64,000 nucleotides of DNA from Catajapyx aquilonaris (taxonomy: Eukaryota), in assembly GCA_000934665.2 (NCBI GenBank), contig KZ538168.1:1-64000 (forward strand), read 5' to 3'. Shown one piece after another: positions 1-12,589 of this stretch (the stretch's first letter is position 1; each line of letters opens with the position of its first letter). The notes under the pieces were generated by a model. The model was not told the DNA's origin, searched no databases, and saw only the letters and a program-made list of their open reading frames with translations. The position numbers and the translations under genes are program-made.

Positions 1-2286
1 TAAACCGCCGACCCCTCCCACCACCACCACCTTTTACTCCACCAAATAGCATCGGCAATAGCAAGCGTAACTCCACCCACAACTCTGCCCCAACTACACC
101 TGACTCCACTCCCTCAATCCCTTTTGGAGATGCTGGGCAGGGACCGTGGACAATGCCGCACAGGCCCAATAATTCTGGTTTGTTTTCACACGTTTTTGTT
201 GTACTGTGAGAAGTGATTGGAATTTTTTGGGGTATGTGTATTTAGGTAGTGGAAGTGTGTCACCAGCAAGTGGCTCAACACCAAGAGACTTGAGGAGCTT
301 CTCGTGGTTTCATGCAGTGGAACGTGGACAGGCCGAAGCCTTACTGCATGGGAGTAAGTTCCTTGGTTGCTTGTTACAGTTTAAACTAGTGCTTGTCAGG
401 GTGTGCGTTAAATAAGTTAGCCATGGAGTATCTCATACCACAGCATTGAGAGTTTGATGTGGCATTTGATTTTTGGATTATGTAGTACACCTTGAGACAT
501 TTATGGTAAATAGGGAAAAGCGGATTTCCTTATTCGCTTCCTTAGTTACAAAAACATAGTTTGACATTCAATCTCAATTTAAGGGGGCACGTCGCAAATT
601 ATCCCAGTTTGTTAGCAGGACATTTCTAATGGCTTGCTCTCTGAGTGTAGAAGGTGGGTTGTTTGTGGACGATGAAATATCAACAAATTGGCAGGTAGAA
701 TTTAACAGAGAAAAGTAGCAGTAGTAGTTACAGTTGACCTGCTGTATTTCCAGGGGATTGGTTTTTTGGGACCTTCCACTGATGCTCAAGTACATTCATA
801 CAGGGTGTAAATGAAATAAGTGCACGTTTTTTGCAAAATGGTAGAGTGACTCGAAAGAAACATTTTTTGCTGATGCACTTGGTGCCCCAGATGCTTCGAT
901 AAGTCAGAAAACTAGGGTTTGTCACGTGTCACACAAACCAGGGTCCCCTACATGGTTGCACTCATGGAGGTAACCCTGATACAAACAAGTCATACCCTCA
1001 GTGACCATAGTAATACCATGGTTACCATGCTACTACAACAGTTGTTCCGTCAGACAATGACGTCACACACGTCAAGCGGTAGTAACCATAGTGACCACCA
1101 TGGCACAATGCTGCTGTGGTTTGGTTACCATGGTGGTCCACTATGCCATGGTTACCGCAGTTTGGCGTGTTTCTGACGTCATTGTCCGATGGAACAACTG
1201 TTGTAGTAGCATGATAACCATGGTATTACTATGGTCACTGAGGATATGACGTGTTTGTATGACACGTGACAAACCCTCGTTTTCTGACTTAACGAAGCAT
1301 CTGGGGCACCAAGTGCATTGGCAAAAAATGTTTCTTTAGAGTCACTCTACCATTTCTCAAAAACAAAACACGCACTTATTTCATTTACACATCCTCCCAT
1401 ATACTTTGAATCATCTCTAGATCACTTGTAATACCTGAAACAATATACGAGTATATGGTAAATACTTGTTATACTGTATGGTAGTAGGCCTACTTGGTAT
1501 GTGGCAAATTCAAGTCTTGCTTTTCAGAAATTCTTGTTGTTTTTTTCCTGGAATTTTCAAGCTGTGGGTGGTTGAATCCATGGATATGAAACCTGCAGAT
1601 AAAACGCTGACAATATATTGAAAATTATTGTACTCACAAGGCTTGCCTTAACTGTTTCTATCCTTGCATTTTAAAAATAATTCACAGATGCTGCTCACTG
1701 TTTGTTGCAAGATAGTTAGATGCTTGATATGCATATCCAGCATCTAACCATCTTGTCTAGTGAATGTGAGCTGACCAATTACAGGATCAGTCTCCTTCCC
1801 AATTTTTCAGCATTCCTGTTTCCCCCCCCCAGGGGAAAAAAAAAATCTATATGGCTTTGGCTGTGATAGTGAGAGAAATGTTGCATCTGCATCCTTTGCT
1901 AACAAAGGTGTACCATGCATCATACATTGATCATCGCATATTTATTAAGAAAGCATTTTTTCATCGTGTTGGTTTTAATATAAAGATGCTTTTTTTTAGA
2001 GCCTGATGGAACATATTTGGTCCGTGATTCAAGGCATGGTGGCACCAACAACCCCTTAACATTAAGCCTCTGGTATGGTGGCCGGATGTACCATGTGAAC
2101 ATCCGTCAGCGGGTAGATGGGAAATATGCCCTGGGGAAAGAAAAGGCAAATGAGCTCAGCTTTGTGTCTGTGGAGGAGCTTGTGACTACCCACCAAAGGG
2201 AGCAACTCAAGCTGCATAGTGGAGGTCAGGTCACTGGAGTCACATGTCTAGTGGCCACTGTATCAGCACAGGGAACTTCCCCATAA
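1..2286 (+). CDS. SLP-76/BLNK/CLNK-family SH2 adaptor, 3' part (5' end outside window)
   Basis: Exons <1..177 (Pro-rich NRRPLPPPPPFTPP), 246..353 (..FSWFHAVERGQAEALLHG) and 2000..2286 (KPDGTYLVRDSRHGG..LTLSLWYGGRMYHVNIRQRVDGKYALG..stop). GT-AG introns, phases consistent. A C-terminal SH2 after a Pro-rich region is the SLP-76/BLNK layout. Confidence 0.8.
731..1613. mobile_element. Decayed Tc1/mariner-pogo (Tigger-like) MITE interrupted by a foldback element
   Basis: Begins TA|CAGTTGACC; degenerate reciprocal end near 1570-1613. Boundaries approximate. Confidence 0.4.
805..1390. mobile_element. ~590 bp foldback / long inverted-repeat non-autonomous DNA element
   Basis: GTGTAAATGAAATAAGTG..GTGCCCCAGATGCTTCG..GGGTTTGTCACGTGTC is mirrored by GACACGTGACAAACCC..CGAAGCATCTGGGGCAC..CACTTATTTCATTTACAC; the inner part is also self-complementary. 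Confidence 0.8.
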
Positions 2287-2351
2287 CTGAGCCTGAAGTT
2301 GACATGACGCCAAAGTCAAGTGCCAATGGTGTCATACAATGAAAATCCGTA

Positions 2352-2451
2352 CGGTGAAACCTCGATTCATCATTTTTATCAGGGCCTCTGAAGAAACCCG
2401 ATGGATTCAGGAAAATGATGCATCTGGAAACGATCAATCAAGGTTTCACTG
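2352..2451. mobile_element. Tigger/pogo-like MITE
   Basis: TA|CGGTGAAACCTCGATT ... AATCAAGGTTTCACTG|TA terminal inverted repeats with TA flanks. Confidence 0.65.
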
Positions 2452-4468
2452 TATGTGTATTACATTGCATAATATTAGGGTGTGGCATCAATCCTGTTAA
2501 TTCATCTGTATTTCTTATGGCACAAAAGGACGTTCTAGATGTATTACATGTGTGAAATTGCCAAAATGGTGGCAAAAATTGTGGGATGCAAACTATTCCA
2601 AAGATAGTTCACTTTGTATACCAGTTGTAGGGCCCATGAAATAATGCTCTTTTTTTTTTTGCATATGTAAACCCAATGACTGAGGTGGAATTATGAAACA
2701 ATCACAATATTTCTAGTAACTTATATACAAGGAAAATTATTGCAGACTATGATTAAATTACTTTTGTAATGCATTAAGTTACTACAGAAGAAATGGTATT
2801 TCAGAATGATACACTGTATTTATGCAGTTTTATTATGAAGTCTGAGTGGTGCTTATTGTGAAGTCAAATTCCTGCATGATATTGCATACGGTATTATTGT
2901 TGCTTTTCATATGTGCCTTCATGCTTGTGCCTCGCCAAAGACGAGTCCCTTGTCAAAAATAAGTGCTTTGTAAAATGATGAACAAATGTTACTTTGTATT
3001 ACAGAGTATTAATCTAATACACTAAATGATATTTCTGTGGCATTTTATAAGAAGTATTTTTATTACAAGCCTCTTTCAGCTCATCTCAGATAACTGCCTC
3101 TATATGAAAGGAATGAGGTTACCACATGTTAAATTTTCAGGAATTAGATTTGTATACTAGTAATGCAAGTTAGGCAATCAGGTCAAGATAAAAGCAAATT
3201 ACCAGCGGTGTAATTCTTTGTCTAACCAGAATATATGAAAATTTATGGTCAACTTCTAATAACCAATTATTATTGGTTGGATAAAGTTTTCCCCTGGGCG
3301 TCTTGCTGCTGTTCTTTTCCTGTGTCTCATACACACTGTGTTTCATAAATAAGCTTGCACCTTTATTGGTAAAACTGTTGTGGATGTTTATTTGCATTTT
3401 AGGTATGACTCATAGTGGTAATTCCTGTTATTGCACTTTTCAACAGCATGTGTTACTTGCTGCCACAATTGACTGTGGAGCAACATGAGAGATGGAAGTA
3501 AGAGTCAGAGAGATTTTTACCAATACGGATGTGAGCTGCCTTATGACACATGTTGTATAATGATAGTAATGCACCCGCTTACATTAGTGCACAAATTAGC
3601 TGACCTAAATCTAAACAGGATTACAAGTGGTCACATTGCAGAAAAGGGCAGAACAGCACAGAACACTTGCTACTATACAGACAGACAGGTCCAGAGTTCA
3701 ATCATAAACTGCCATTATTTTTCTCATCACATGCAGAGTTTGAGTGTGTCTGCCATCATCTTGGGCGATCTTGGGTGACATTTCCAGTAGGCTACCCACA
3801 CAAGGGAAAGCAATAAAATGGCCCTTTACGACATTGCACCTCCCTCTCCCCACCCTGCCTCGCTCATTGGCCTGGATTTTGTGCAAAAGGCTCCATTTGG
3901 TAACGTGAAATAGCCAAGGTTTGTGCAATGCACCCCCAAGGGGCCAAAGCATTCTAATATATTGCTTACAAAAAGGAGTCATTGATCCTTATGTTCCTGA
4001 CATTATCATTAACCAATCACAGCACTCTTGCCTATGTTGCACTGTAATAGATAAGTGTTGCCACAGTCAATGGACGCATGAAGACAGGTGAATTGGAGCG
4101 TCAACAGTGGGAGGGCACATCAAGTAAAAGCGCCTTATTTGTCAGTGTTATTATTCACAGAACTTGATATCTCAACCAGGTAAAGGTGAAGGTACAAGGT
4201 AAAGTGGAAAGTCAGATAACAAAAGGTCAGATAATTGAATGAAACTGATGAAATACCAATAAGGAAAACTGGTGAAGACCTTGTGAAGGGTGCAGGATCA
4301 AGTATAATTATAACAGGGAAGTTCAACATGAATGATAAGAAGTGTTAATGACAACTGTGCCAGATAACAATGTCACTCCATGATAGTCGAGGCATGATAA
4401 GATCAGTACTGCAGTACCGGTGCGGCATCATATTAGTATGTAGTACAGGTAGTCTCTTTCTGCAAGAA

Positions 4469-7400
4469 ATGGCGGTCTTTCGCAAAGATTCACAGGATTT
4501 GTCAAATTCCCAAATGTTGGAAGTCATTGCTGAACTGCTTGACACTGAGCGGACATATGTGTCAGATCTGTGTAGCATCTTGACAGGTTACCAGAAGGAG
4601 GTGACAAATCCCGCATGGCAAGCTGCTCTGCCTCCAGAGTTAGTAGGGAAATCAGACGTTCTCTTTGGGAACCTTGACGAAATACACAAGTTCCACGACC
4701 AAGACCTATTGAGGAATCTAGAAAATTGCAGTGGGTCGCCTGAACTCATCGCAAAGTGTTTCATAGAGAGGGTAAGTAGAGCTACTAATCTAACCTTAAT
4801 TATTTCAGTTGCTCAACATATGCAACAATTTTTTACATTGTTCAATAATGGACTGTAAATAAATTACAAGTGTAGTATGTACTGAATGCTCTGAGATTAT
4901 TATTAAACTTAGGCTTGTGGTGTATCACACATACTTAGTAGGCCTACTGTACATTTACCCTTGTTACTCATTGATGGCTGATTGATGGTTGGTACTTGTT
5001 GCCAACAATTTTTAAAAATCTAAAACAAGTAATTTTTTATATGTGCACCATGGGCATGGCAACAAGAACAACACTAAAGTATAGGTCCACTAATGTAAGA
5101 GAAGCTTATTCAAAGTGCACTTTGACTCGTGCATGCACGTGTCATGCTAATTATTGCAACTGGCTGTTTCAGAAAGGCACCTTGCATCACCTGTACAGCA
5201 AATACTGCATCAATCGTCCAGAATCAGATGCTTTATGGCGGAGGTTTAGTGGGGAGAAAGATCATTTCTTTTTAGTGCACCAGAAAAAACTTGGCCACTC
5301 TCTATCTCTGTGTTCCTATCTTGTTAAACCAATACAACGGGTACCCAGGTACCAACTGCTTCTTGAAAATATGGTCAAATATAGCAAAGATGGAGAAGAA
5401 AAAGCAGTGCTACAAGAAGGACTTGACTGCATAAGAGGTGTAGCCAGTAATGTCAACAATAACATGCATGAAGCAGCCATTAGTGGATTTCAGGTAGGAT
5501 TTTACGTACGGTACAAGAATGCAAGCAGCTCACAGATTCCTTTTAAAATGTCAATCTGACATTTCCTCACAGGGGAACCTAGCAGACCGAGGTGAACTGC
5601 TTCTGCATGAGACCTTTACAGTGCACTCTAAGTGGAAGGGGCGCCAAAAGTATCAGGTGTCTCAAAGGAAGCACATGTTCCTCTACACTCAAACAATTAT
5701 CTTTTGTGACATAAATTCTGCAGATCCATATAACTTTTCCTACGAGTGTAATCATTATCTGAAGGTATCCAAAATGTCACAACCAATCATGCATATCTGT
5801 GGAAGAAGGTAAACAAATTACATTATTTTCATCCAGACATCTGATGTTGGCCTGACTGAAGAGGTCAGAGAGATCAGAAACAAAGACCTGTGCTTTGAAC
5901 TGTGGCTGAGAAAGTTTCAAGAACGTCATATTCTGGAGGCTCCAAGCTTGGCGATCAAGGAAGATTGGATTAGGGCAATGAGAGGACTTTTATTTCAACA
6001 ATACGGAATTTCAGGTCAATTTGCTTGCAAGCTCCAAGTTCCCTCTAATGTGTCCCCATGTTTCAAGTAAATGTCATTTATTTCATGTAATATACATGTA
6101 TTAAGTGAACAGTTCCAAAATTAATGACAAGATGCATTTCAGAAATGGAAGTGACTTGGCTATTCCTTCCTATGCTGGCTTCCCAAACTCAAATGGTGAT
6201 TGTAAAAAGTTTGAACTACCAGAAGAGCATATATATGAGCCTGAACCACTAGCTAACATTCAGGTGAGGAAGGCTTGGCAAATTGACGTAGCGATAGTTT
6301 ATACAGAAATGGTTGTTTTACAGGATGATAAACCACCAATTCCTGCAAAGCCGCAGATGTTACCTCACTTGCCTAAGATCAGCCAGAAGCCTTCCTCAGT
6401 TTTTACATCACCATCCAGCGAAACAACACAGCCAGTGTCAACAGTCAGGAAAATTTTGAATAGCGCTGCCCCTTTGGTTCCTATAAAGGTGGGAATAAAC
6501 TCAGCCAGTATTGTTAAACGGCATGCTAACCCTCTGCCACTGCCACAGGAAGAGGTAGTAGCTCGAAGCCTTATTGGACTGACCTTGAATAACTCTCTTC
6601 CATCTCCAAAACTCCTTCCCTCTTCCCTCCCATCACATCGACCCCCCCTCCCATGCCCCATCCTAAAAAGCCAAAATCAAACTTTTACTGGTGGCCATAT
6701 CCATCACCCCATCATGTCAAGCGAACCACATGCTTCCTCCCACCATCCTTTAGATCTGCCTGTATTGGCATCTCGCCACTTTCAATCACCTCCACATGAC
6801 CACATCCAAAGGAGTGGCTCTAACTCAATCACCAACTCCTCCAATAATTATTCTAGCTATTCCCTGAAATCAATGGACACCAGAAACTGGAAATCAGGTT
6901 GGTTTACAATTATTCTTGTTGTGGTCAGTCCTATCTGTGAAAACATTTTTATTAGAATGGGGAAAGTATTTTTCTGTCTCCCTGTATTTCATGTATCAGA
7001 AAATAGAAATACTGTGAAATCCCGATAACTCGAACCACCATGGGACCGAGGAAAAATTCGACTTATCAAATATGGTGGGAAAACAGCACCTGCACAAATT
7101 AACACCTGCAGTATGCATCTCGCTACTGGGACACCATTGCAAGTGACAGCTAGACAACTGCAGACTAGGGCCTCTGACTGCTCTGAGGCAAAAGGCAAAG
7201 GAATGCATGATAGGAAAGGGAGGAAAGGGAGGAAAGGGAGCTTAAATCACGTGACTTTCAGAGTGATTTGTGCATTCCTTCACAGCTTATCGAGAATATT
7301 AACCAGCTGGGGTGGAAATCTCCAAGAATGAATCATACCAAGAGCTAATAACTCCTAGTGGCGCACCGGTAACGCGCGCGCCCACGGAAGATAAGGTCCC

Positions 7401-8852
7401 GGGTTCAATCCCCTCCCGGGGTTCCCACCTTCTTTCGTGCAGAGTTGGGCCATCTCTGGCTTCGTTTCGGGTGGGAATTTCCGCTAGACTAACCCACCCG
7501 GGGGAGTTCACAAACTGACCAAGCAACGACATTGCACTTGCACTTTGCACATCCCCTCCTAATTACCCTTGGAACAATTAAATACATATATGTATATAGC
7601 TCCAAACCCCAAATGGTGGTAATCCACCCCCCTAGAAATGGCCTATCGGCCAGATAACGGGGTACAGTACAAATATTTTTTTAAAAAAAAACAACAAACC
7701 AAAAAAAGAAAAAGAAAAAAAAAACTCCTGGTGAAACTTGTTCTCCTGATAAAGGTACCACGAGTGCACAGGCTGATTCCACTTCCTCATCCAGTGAATA
7801 GTCCAGCTGGTCACTACAGCTCTTTTGGCAACAATTTCATAATGGGAGACCCCTGCACTTTCCTTACTTTATTAGGCCTGTGTCTGCAGAAGGATACACG
7901 AGTGTATCTGCCGGGAAGGAAAGTTAGGTCATGGGTTATGGTACAGTGTAGTACCCCTACCTACCCCTGCCAAATTCGGTCAACAGATATCAAAGTCTTT
8001 CGTGTTCTTCTCGTTACTGTGCACATGTATGTTGCAATGGAACAATCCCGTCCCACCCTGAGGTAAGATAAGGAGGACCAAATCTATATGTAGCAAGGGT
8101 AATAAAAACTTCCTGTATTTCCTAATACCCTACAGATGTGTCGCCACTATTAAAATCCCAACATTTCAACAAACTCTCATCTCAATTTTCTAATATATTC
8201 AATGCATGAAGAAAGAAAAATTCGCTTCCCCTAAATCTTGAAAAAGTATAGTACTGATGTCATAGTGGCTAACAATGTCAACAGTGACTTTAGCAATTAT
8301 TAAAAGCTTGTGACTATTATGATAGAATAAGTAATAGTTCAAAAGGTTACTAGTTTCAGACTACTTATTCAGGCAGGGCTACTGCAGCTGAGCTTCCAAG
8401 TGCCAGAAGGGAACCACAGAATTTTACATGCTTCCCTTGGTTTCATCAAGTGAACCGGAGCCAGGCTGAATACTTGCTGCATGGAAGTAAGTTTCATACT
8501 GCATGTTTCATTTCGAGTAAAATTATACCCTAGACGTTTCAATCCTCTAATATTGAACATTGGCTCCCACGTTTATGCAGAGGAGGATGGCACATATCTT
8601 ATTCGTGAGTCACAGTCTGGTGACCCAAGCAGCCCTGCAAGCCTCAGCCTCAGATACACAGACCACACATACCACATAAAAATTCGTCAGAGGCCAGACG
8701 GGAAGTATGCTGTTGGATCAGAAAAACCACATGAATGCAGTTATACATCCATAAAAGAACTAGTAGAGGAGTACCAGAGACAGCCATTGAATCTTTACAC
8801 CAGCCAAGGTCAGAATGCAGGATCGGTGTGTCTCATGGCTACCTCATACTAA
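4469..8852 (+). CDS. RhoGEF (DH-PH) - Pro-rich - SH2 protein, ~708 aa
   Basis: Exons 4469..4771, 5173..5493, 5573..5764, 5837..6066, 6143..6263, 6324..6897, 8373..8486, 8581..8852 (2127 nt, open frame, all GT-AG). DH motifs VIAELLDTERTYVSDL, LFGNLDEIHKFH, YLVKPIQRVPRYQLLL; PH motifs GELLLHETF, FELW, KEDWIRAM; SH2 motifs PWFH, DGTYLIRES. Start could be ATG 4370 or an upstream exon. Confidence 0.8.
7357..7724 (+). mobile_element. tRNA-derived SINE
   Basis: A-box-like AGTGGCGCACCGG, B-box GGTTCAATCCC, A-rich tail 7683-7724, flanking AACTCCT repeat (TSD-like). Confidence 0.7.
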
Positions 8853-9928
8853 TGAGCCTATGGTAAACTTCACTACCAATATCTGGTCAATCATCCCTGC
8901 CCACCAGAACAGCTAGCAAAAGCTGTACTGCACAAACTGCTGCACAGTGCAAATTGAAGAATGAAAAGACCTGCATATACAGTTGTAGCTCAAAAAAATC
9001 TGAACAACTTTTTACAGGGAGATGGTGCAGTACTTGAAACACGCTCAATTGCACTGAATGTCAAGTACTATACCTGTCCTACTCATTCCTTGCAATGGGA
9101 GCCCACTCAGCTCAGCCCCTTTCTTCCCCCATCCAGTGTTGCATCAATATCATGGGGGGTTACATTCTTATTCACTGATATAAATATTCCTATGTTCATT
9201 TACTGATGGTAATAAAGCAGCTTTCCCTCCACTATGTAATGTGTCGTAATGTAGGTCAACTGTATGTATGCCTGAGTCAAAGTAATCAAAAGTGTAAGGA
9301 GTGAAGGCACTGCTCAAATCTGAAACCCCCATACCTCAAAATCATGCCAGGGTGATTGATTTTTGTCAGGTGTTCACTTGTGATAGTTGCTTCTCAGGCT
9401 AGTTGCTGGAATATACACCAACCACAACATTATTTCCCACTTGCACTGTGGGCTTTTGCAGGGTAGGCTTATAATTATGCCAGAAGTCCTGTTAGCATCC
9501 CCTTGTAACTTCTGAAGTCACACAGAAAGGATCTAGATTTAGGACCCCTTGCATGTTTATTTCATCCGGAAGTGATAATCCTATGCAAATAACATGGTTG
9601 TTCTGGATGGACCAACGATCATGTGCTGACCCCACTATGCAAGAACTTCTCAAGTTTATGAATTTTTATTATGCAGGTAGTGCTGTGCCATGATTTGTCT
9701 CAGATAAAAATTGTGATTTCCATATTCAATTCAACCTTCAATGCAGGAGCCTGGGATTTAAAATAATGGATTCATCTCATATGTATCCATGATGTGAATG
9801 TCCTTTCAATCCTAGGAAAAAGTGTGGCATTCATGGAACCATACGATGTTAAAAGGGTTTGTTCAAAGGGGGGCTGCCCCGACTTAGCCTTACAGCTTGC
9901 ATGAACCATACAGTATCATGGAACCATA

Positions 9929-10266
9929 CAGTAGAACCTCAATTATGTGACTCCTCCGTTTATACGACCAGGACCTTCATGCTCCGGCAATAAATATATT
10001 TTTTCATCAAATAGTGTAATTTACTCTGTATTTGTTTTGTATTGCCTTAGTTAAATTGTAAATACAGCACAGTAGAGTGTGTAGGGCCTATGTAAGAGCT
10101 AACTACTTCACTATTTCTTAGAAAACCACAATATTGTACATTGTTTCATGTTTTTGTTTTATGTGATGTTTCATTAAAGTTTTCTTTTCTCTTTGGATAA
10201 TCTGACCTTTTCTGTGTTCAGACCTTACCCCGGGCCTGTGGGTGAAGGACAATCGGGGTTCTACTG
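9929..10266. mobile_element. Tigger/pogo-like MITE
   Basis: TA|CAGTAGAACCTCAATT ... AATCGGGGTTCTACTG terminal inverted repeats. Confidence 0.6.
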
Positions 10267-10350
10267 CAGTAAATAATACATTAGACGTAATGTAAACATA
10301 TGTGAAGTTTTATTGACTAAAGCTAATAAGGGAAGGCATTGTCTTTCACC

Positions 10351-11004
10351 TCAAGTCTTTGTAGGGAGGGCCTGAATCTCTTCTTGACAAGTATCATACA
10401 CATCCTGGTAGTCGCTGTCCTCCTTGATCAGAACCATGAGGCAAGGTCGCTTATACCCCATGGCTGCAGACAGGTCATGCCTGGAGGGGGTGAACACATA
10501 GGGTAGAGACTTTGATTCGCACACTGCAGGCATGTGGATCATCATGTCCACGGGGGTCACATCCCCTGCGAATATGACAAGGCCACGTTGACCTCTACGG
10601 ATCCCTCGCTGGACCGCCTTCAGACCATTCAGGACCTGGCCCTTCTTCTTAGAGGCTGTGAGGTGCACACAAAAGATTAGTGACTCTATGTGGAATTTCC
10701 GTCCCACTGCTAGCTACTGCTAACTTCGCAGTACCACCGGTACCACTGCCAACACTGGCACTGCTACAGTGACTAGCAGCAGGAGGAAAATTCGAAGACC
10801 CATATCATCAGCCAGTGGGTGGGTGAGTGATGACCGACCTTTCTTGACCAGCTTGTAGAGCTTCTTGGCCAGCTTCTTGTTGGCGACCGGATCTGCGATG
10901 ACGCTCATGTACTTGAGCTTCTCCGAGTAGTCCTGGCTCTTCCCGTCGGACGCCTCTACGTCCGCATCATCGGCCGGCTCCTCCTTCACCTTCGCCTTTC
11001 CCAT
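10351..11004 (-). CDS. NHP2: H/ACA ribonucleoprotein complex subunit 2 (L7Ae family), 156 aa
   Basis: Exons 11004..10839 and 10655..10351 (471 nt). IADPVANKKLAKKLYKLVKKA..NGLKAVQRGIRRGQRGLVIFAGDVTPVDMMIHMPAVCE..PYVFTPSRHDL is NHP2-typical. Confidence 0.93.
10693..10793. repeat. ~100 bp hairpin repeat (GAATTTTCGTCCCACTGCTAG family), in the NHP2 intron
   Basis: Inverted termini; related copies at 25051-25523, 32256-32363 and 32790-32878. Confidence 0.7.
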
Positions 11005-11346
11005 CTCTTTCACCGGTCACCGGGTTTGTCAGCAACAAGCAGTACGGACACAGGTACTCCCGTGTCACCACAGCAGTGTGTGTCACAGGTACGTACAACC
11101 ACGACGAACGGCCGACCACGCTGTTCTCCGTTTCGCAGCTTCCCTACGCTCACACCAGGCGGCGCCCCAAACAAACGTCGTCGTTTAATTGAATTCTTCG
11201 ATCGGTACTCACTTAATAATTTTAACGTTTTAATTCGCCACATGATTTAACGAGTGGATTTTAATGTGTTTAGTCGCAGGTGATGTGCACGGAGGCAGTG
11301 TTGCCAACTGTAACGAGGAAGTGAAGGCACTCAAGGCAGGCAGCAG
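11005..11346. promoter_or_regulatory. Probable bidirectional promoter NHP2/WDR11
   Basis: Head-to-head genes, CpG-rich. Candidate WDR11 5'UTR donors after 11346 or 11441, acceptor before 12582; CAGTGTTGCCAA motif at ~11297. Confidence 0.5.
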
Positions 11347-12293
11347 GTGACTGCTGTACTACACACGGTGTGGTATTTGGCCCGATTTGGATTCCTCCAG
11401 CTGGATTCGCCCCGGGTTGACAGCCGCTCCTTCAGGGGCAGGTGGGTGCGGGGCACGCCCTGGGGGCCGAAGAGGGTCGGGGGAAGTGGATTGGACAGGT
11501 CAGGGAGGGATCTATGGTCTGGCCCTGCAGACTGCAGATATGTGCTCTTGTTTATTGTTGTTCCGTGATGTCACACCTAATTGCAGAGTAATTAACACTG
11601 GCTGCACCCTCTCTCAGGGCACTGATCACACTAGACTTTTGCATGCGGTGCCTGTTGCACCAGCAGGCCCTCAATCTGTCACGGATTATATGCATTTTTG
11701 TGTCGTGATGAGAAACTCATTTAAGTATCAGCCTGATCCAGCTGTTATATTATTGTGCAGTATAGTATGACGTATTGTATGGCAAGTACTGCAATTGTAC
11801 TGTATGGCCAATTGAATGACACCAAGGACTACACATTGAAAAATTATTAATGACTAATACAAAGTTGCACATTTGCAATTATTCTAGTAGCAGCAGTGTG
11901 GCAGCTAGGCATGCATGTGAGCCATGTTGTACACACCAGGCAACTTAATGACATTTTTCCAACTTGGAGGGAGGGCATAATTGTGGAAGGAAGCCATATT
12001 AGCAGCACCTTAAAGCCAGTCGTTGTTATATCAGTAAAAAAAAAGATTAAGGCATTTCATGTTGCAAGGCTTCAACAATTTCTCAGGAATGCTAGTCAGG
12101 GAATGAATATACAAAATAATGTACAGTAGCACCTGATGTACAGTGCTGCATATTGATGTTGGGGCAGAGATGTCACCTTTCTTTCTCTGCACTCTTTGCA
12201 ACATGAATGTCTTATATATAGCTCCAAGAGTGCAGTGTAAACATGAGTGTAGATTATTACAGTTACCAGCTCTTGCAGTTACACATCTCAGAG

Positions 12294-12441
12294 CAAGGGG
12301 GTAATCACTCGACTGAAAAGTGTACACTGGAGTACCAAATTCAAGGAGTACCACGGAGTAATAAAGAGTGAGGTGCCTGAGGAGTACCAGGGAGTACCAC
12401 TCCCAGGTGTACACCGGAGTACCGAAGTGATTACCCCCTTG
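12294..12441. mobile_element. Non-autonomous hAT-like element
   Basis: TIR CAAGGGGGTAATCACT/AGTGATTACCCCCTTG, perfect 8-bp TSD TCTCAGAG (12286-12293 and 12442-12449), internal GGAGTACC repeats. Confidence 0.8.
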
Positions 12442-12589
12442 TCTCAGAGCCAGCTCTCTTGAAGCAGCACATCTGTTATAGATTATATTTTGCTCTATAA
12501 GTAGGGAAATTCATTGAAAGTATTATGCCACATCCAAGGTTTACAGAACTGATTTATGTAAAATCATTGTTTATGTTACAGGTTCAAAT

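Noticed and set aside
919..1176. 85-aa ORF
   Set aside because: It lies inside the foldback element in an intron and has no coding hallmarks.
5765..5836. Possible GT-AG U12 intron (donor GTATCC)
   Set aside because: The donor continues AAAA rather than TT, and there is no CCTTAAC branch site; treated as U2.
4469..8852. Calling the DH-PH-SH2 gene Vav
   Set aside because: No CH, C1 or SH3 domains were found, and the SH2 is clearly paralogous to the adjacent BLNK-like gene.
10693..10793. Intronic snoRNA in NHP2
   Set aside because: It is a single palindrome with dispersed copies elsewhere and lacks a two-hairpin H/ACA or C/D box layout.
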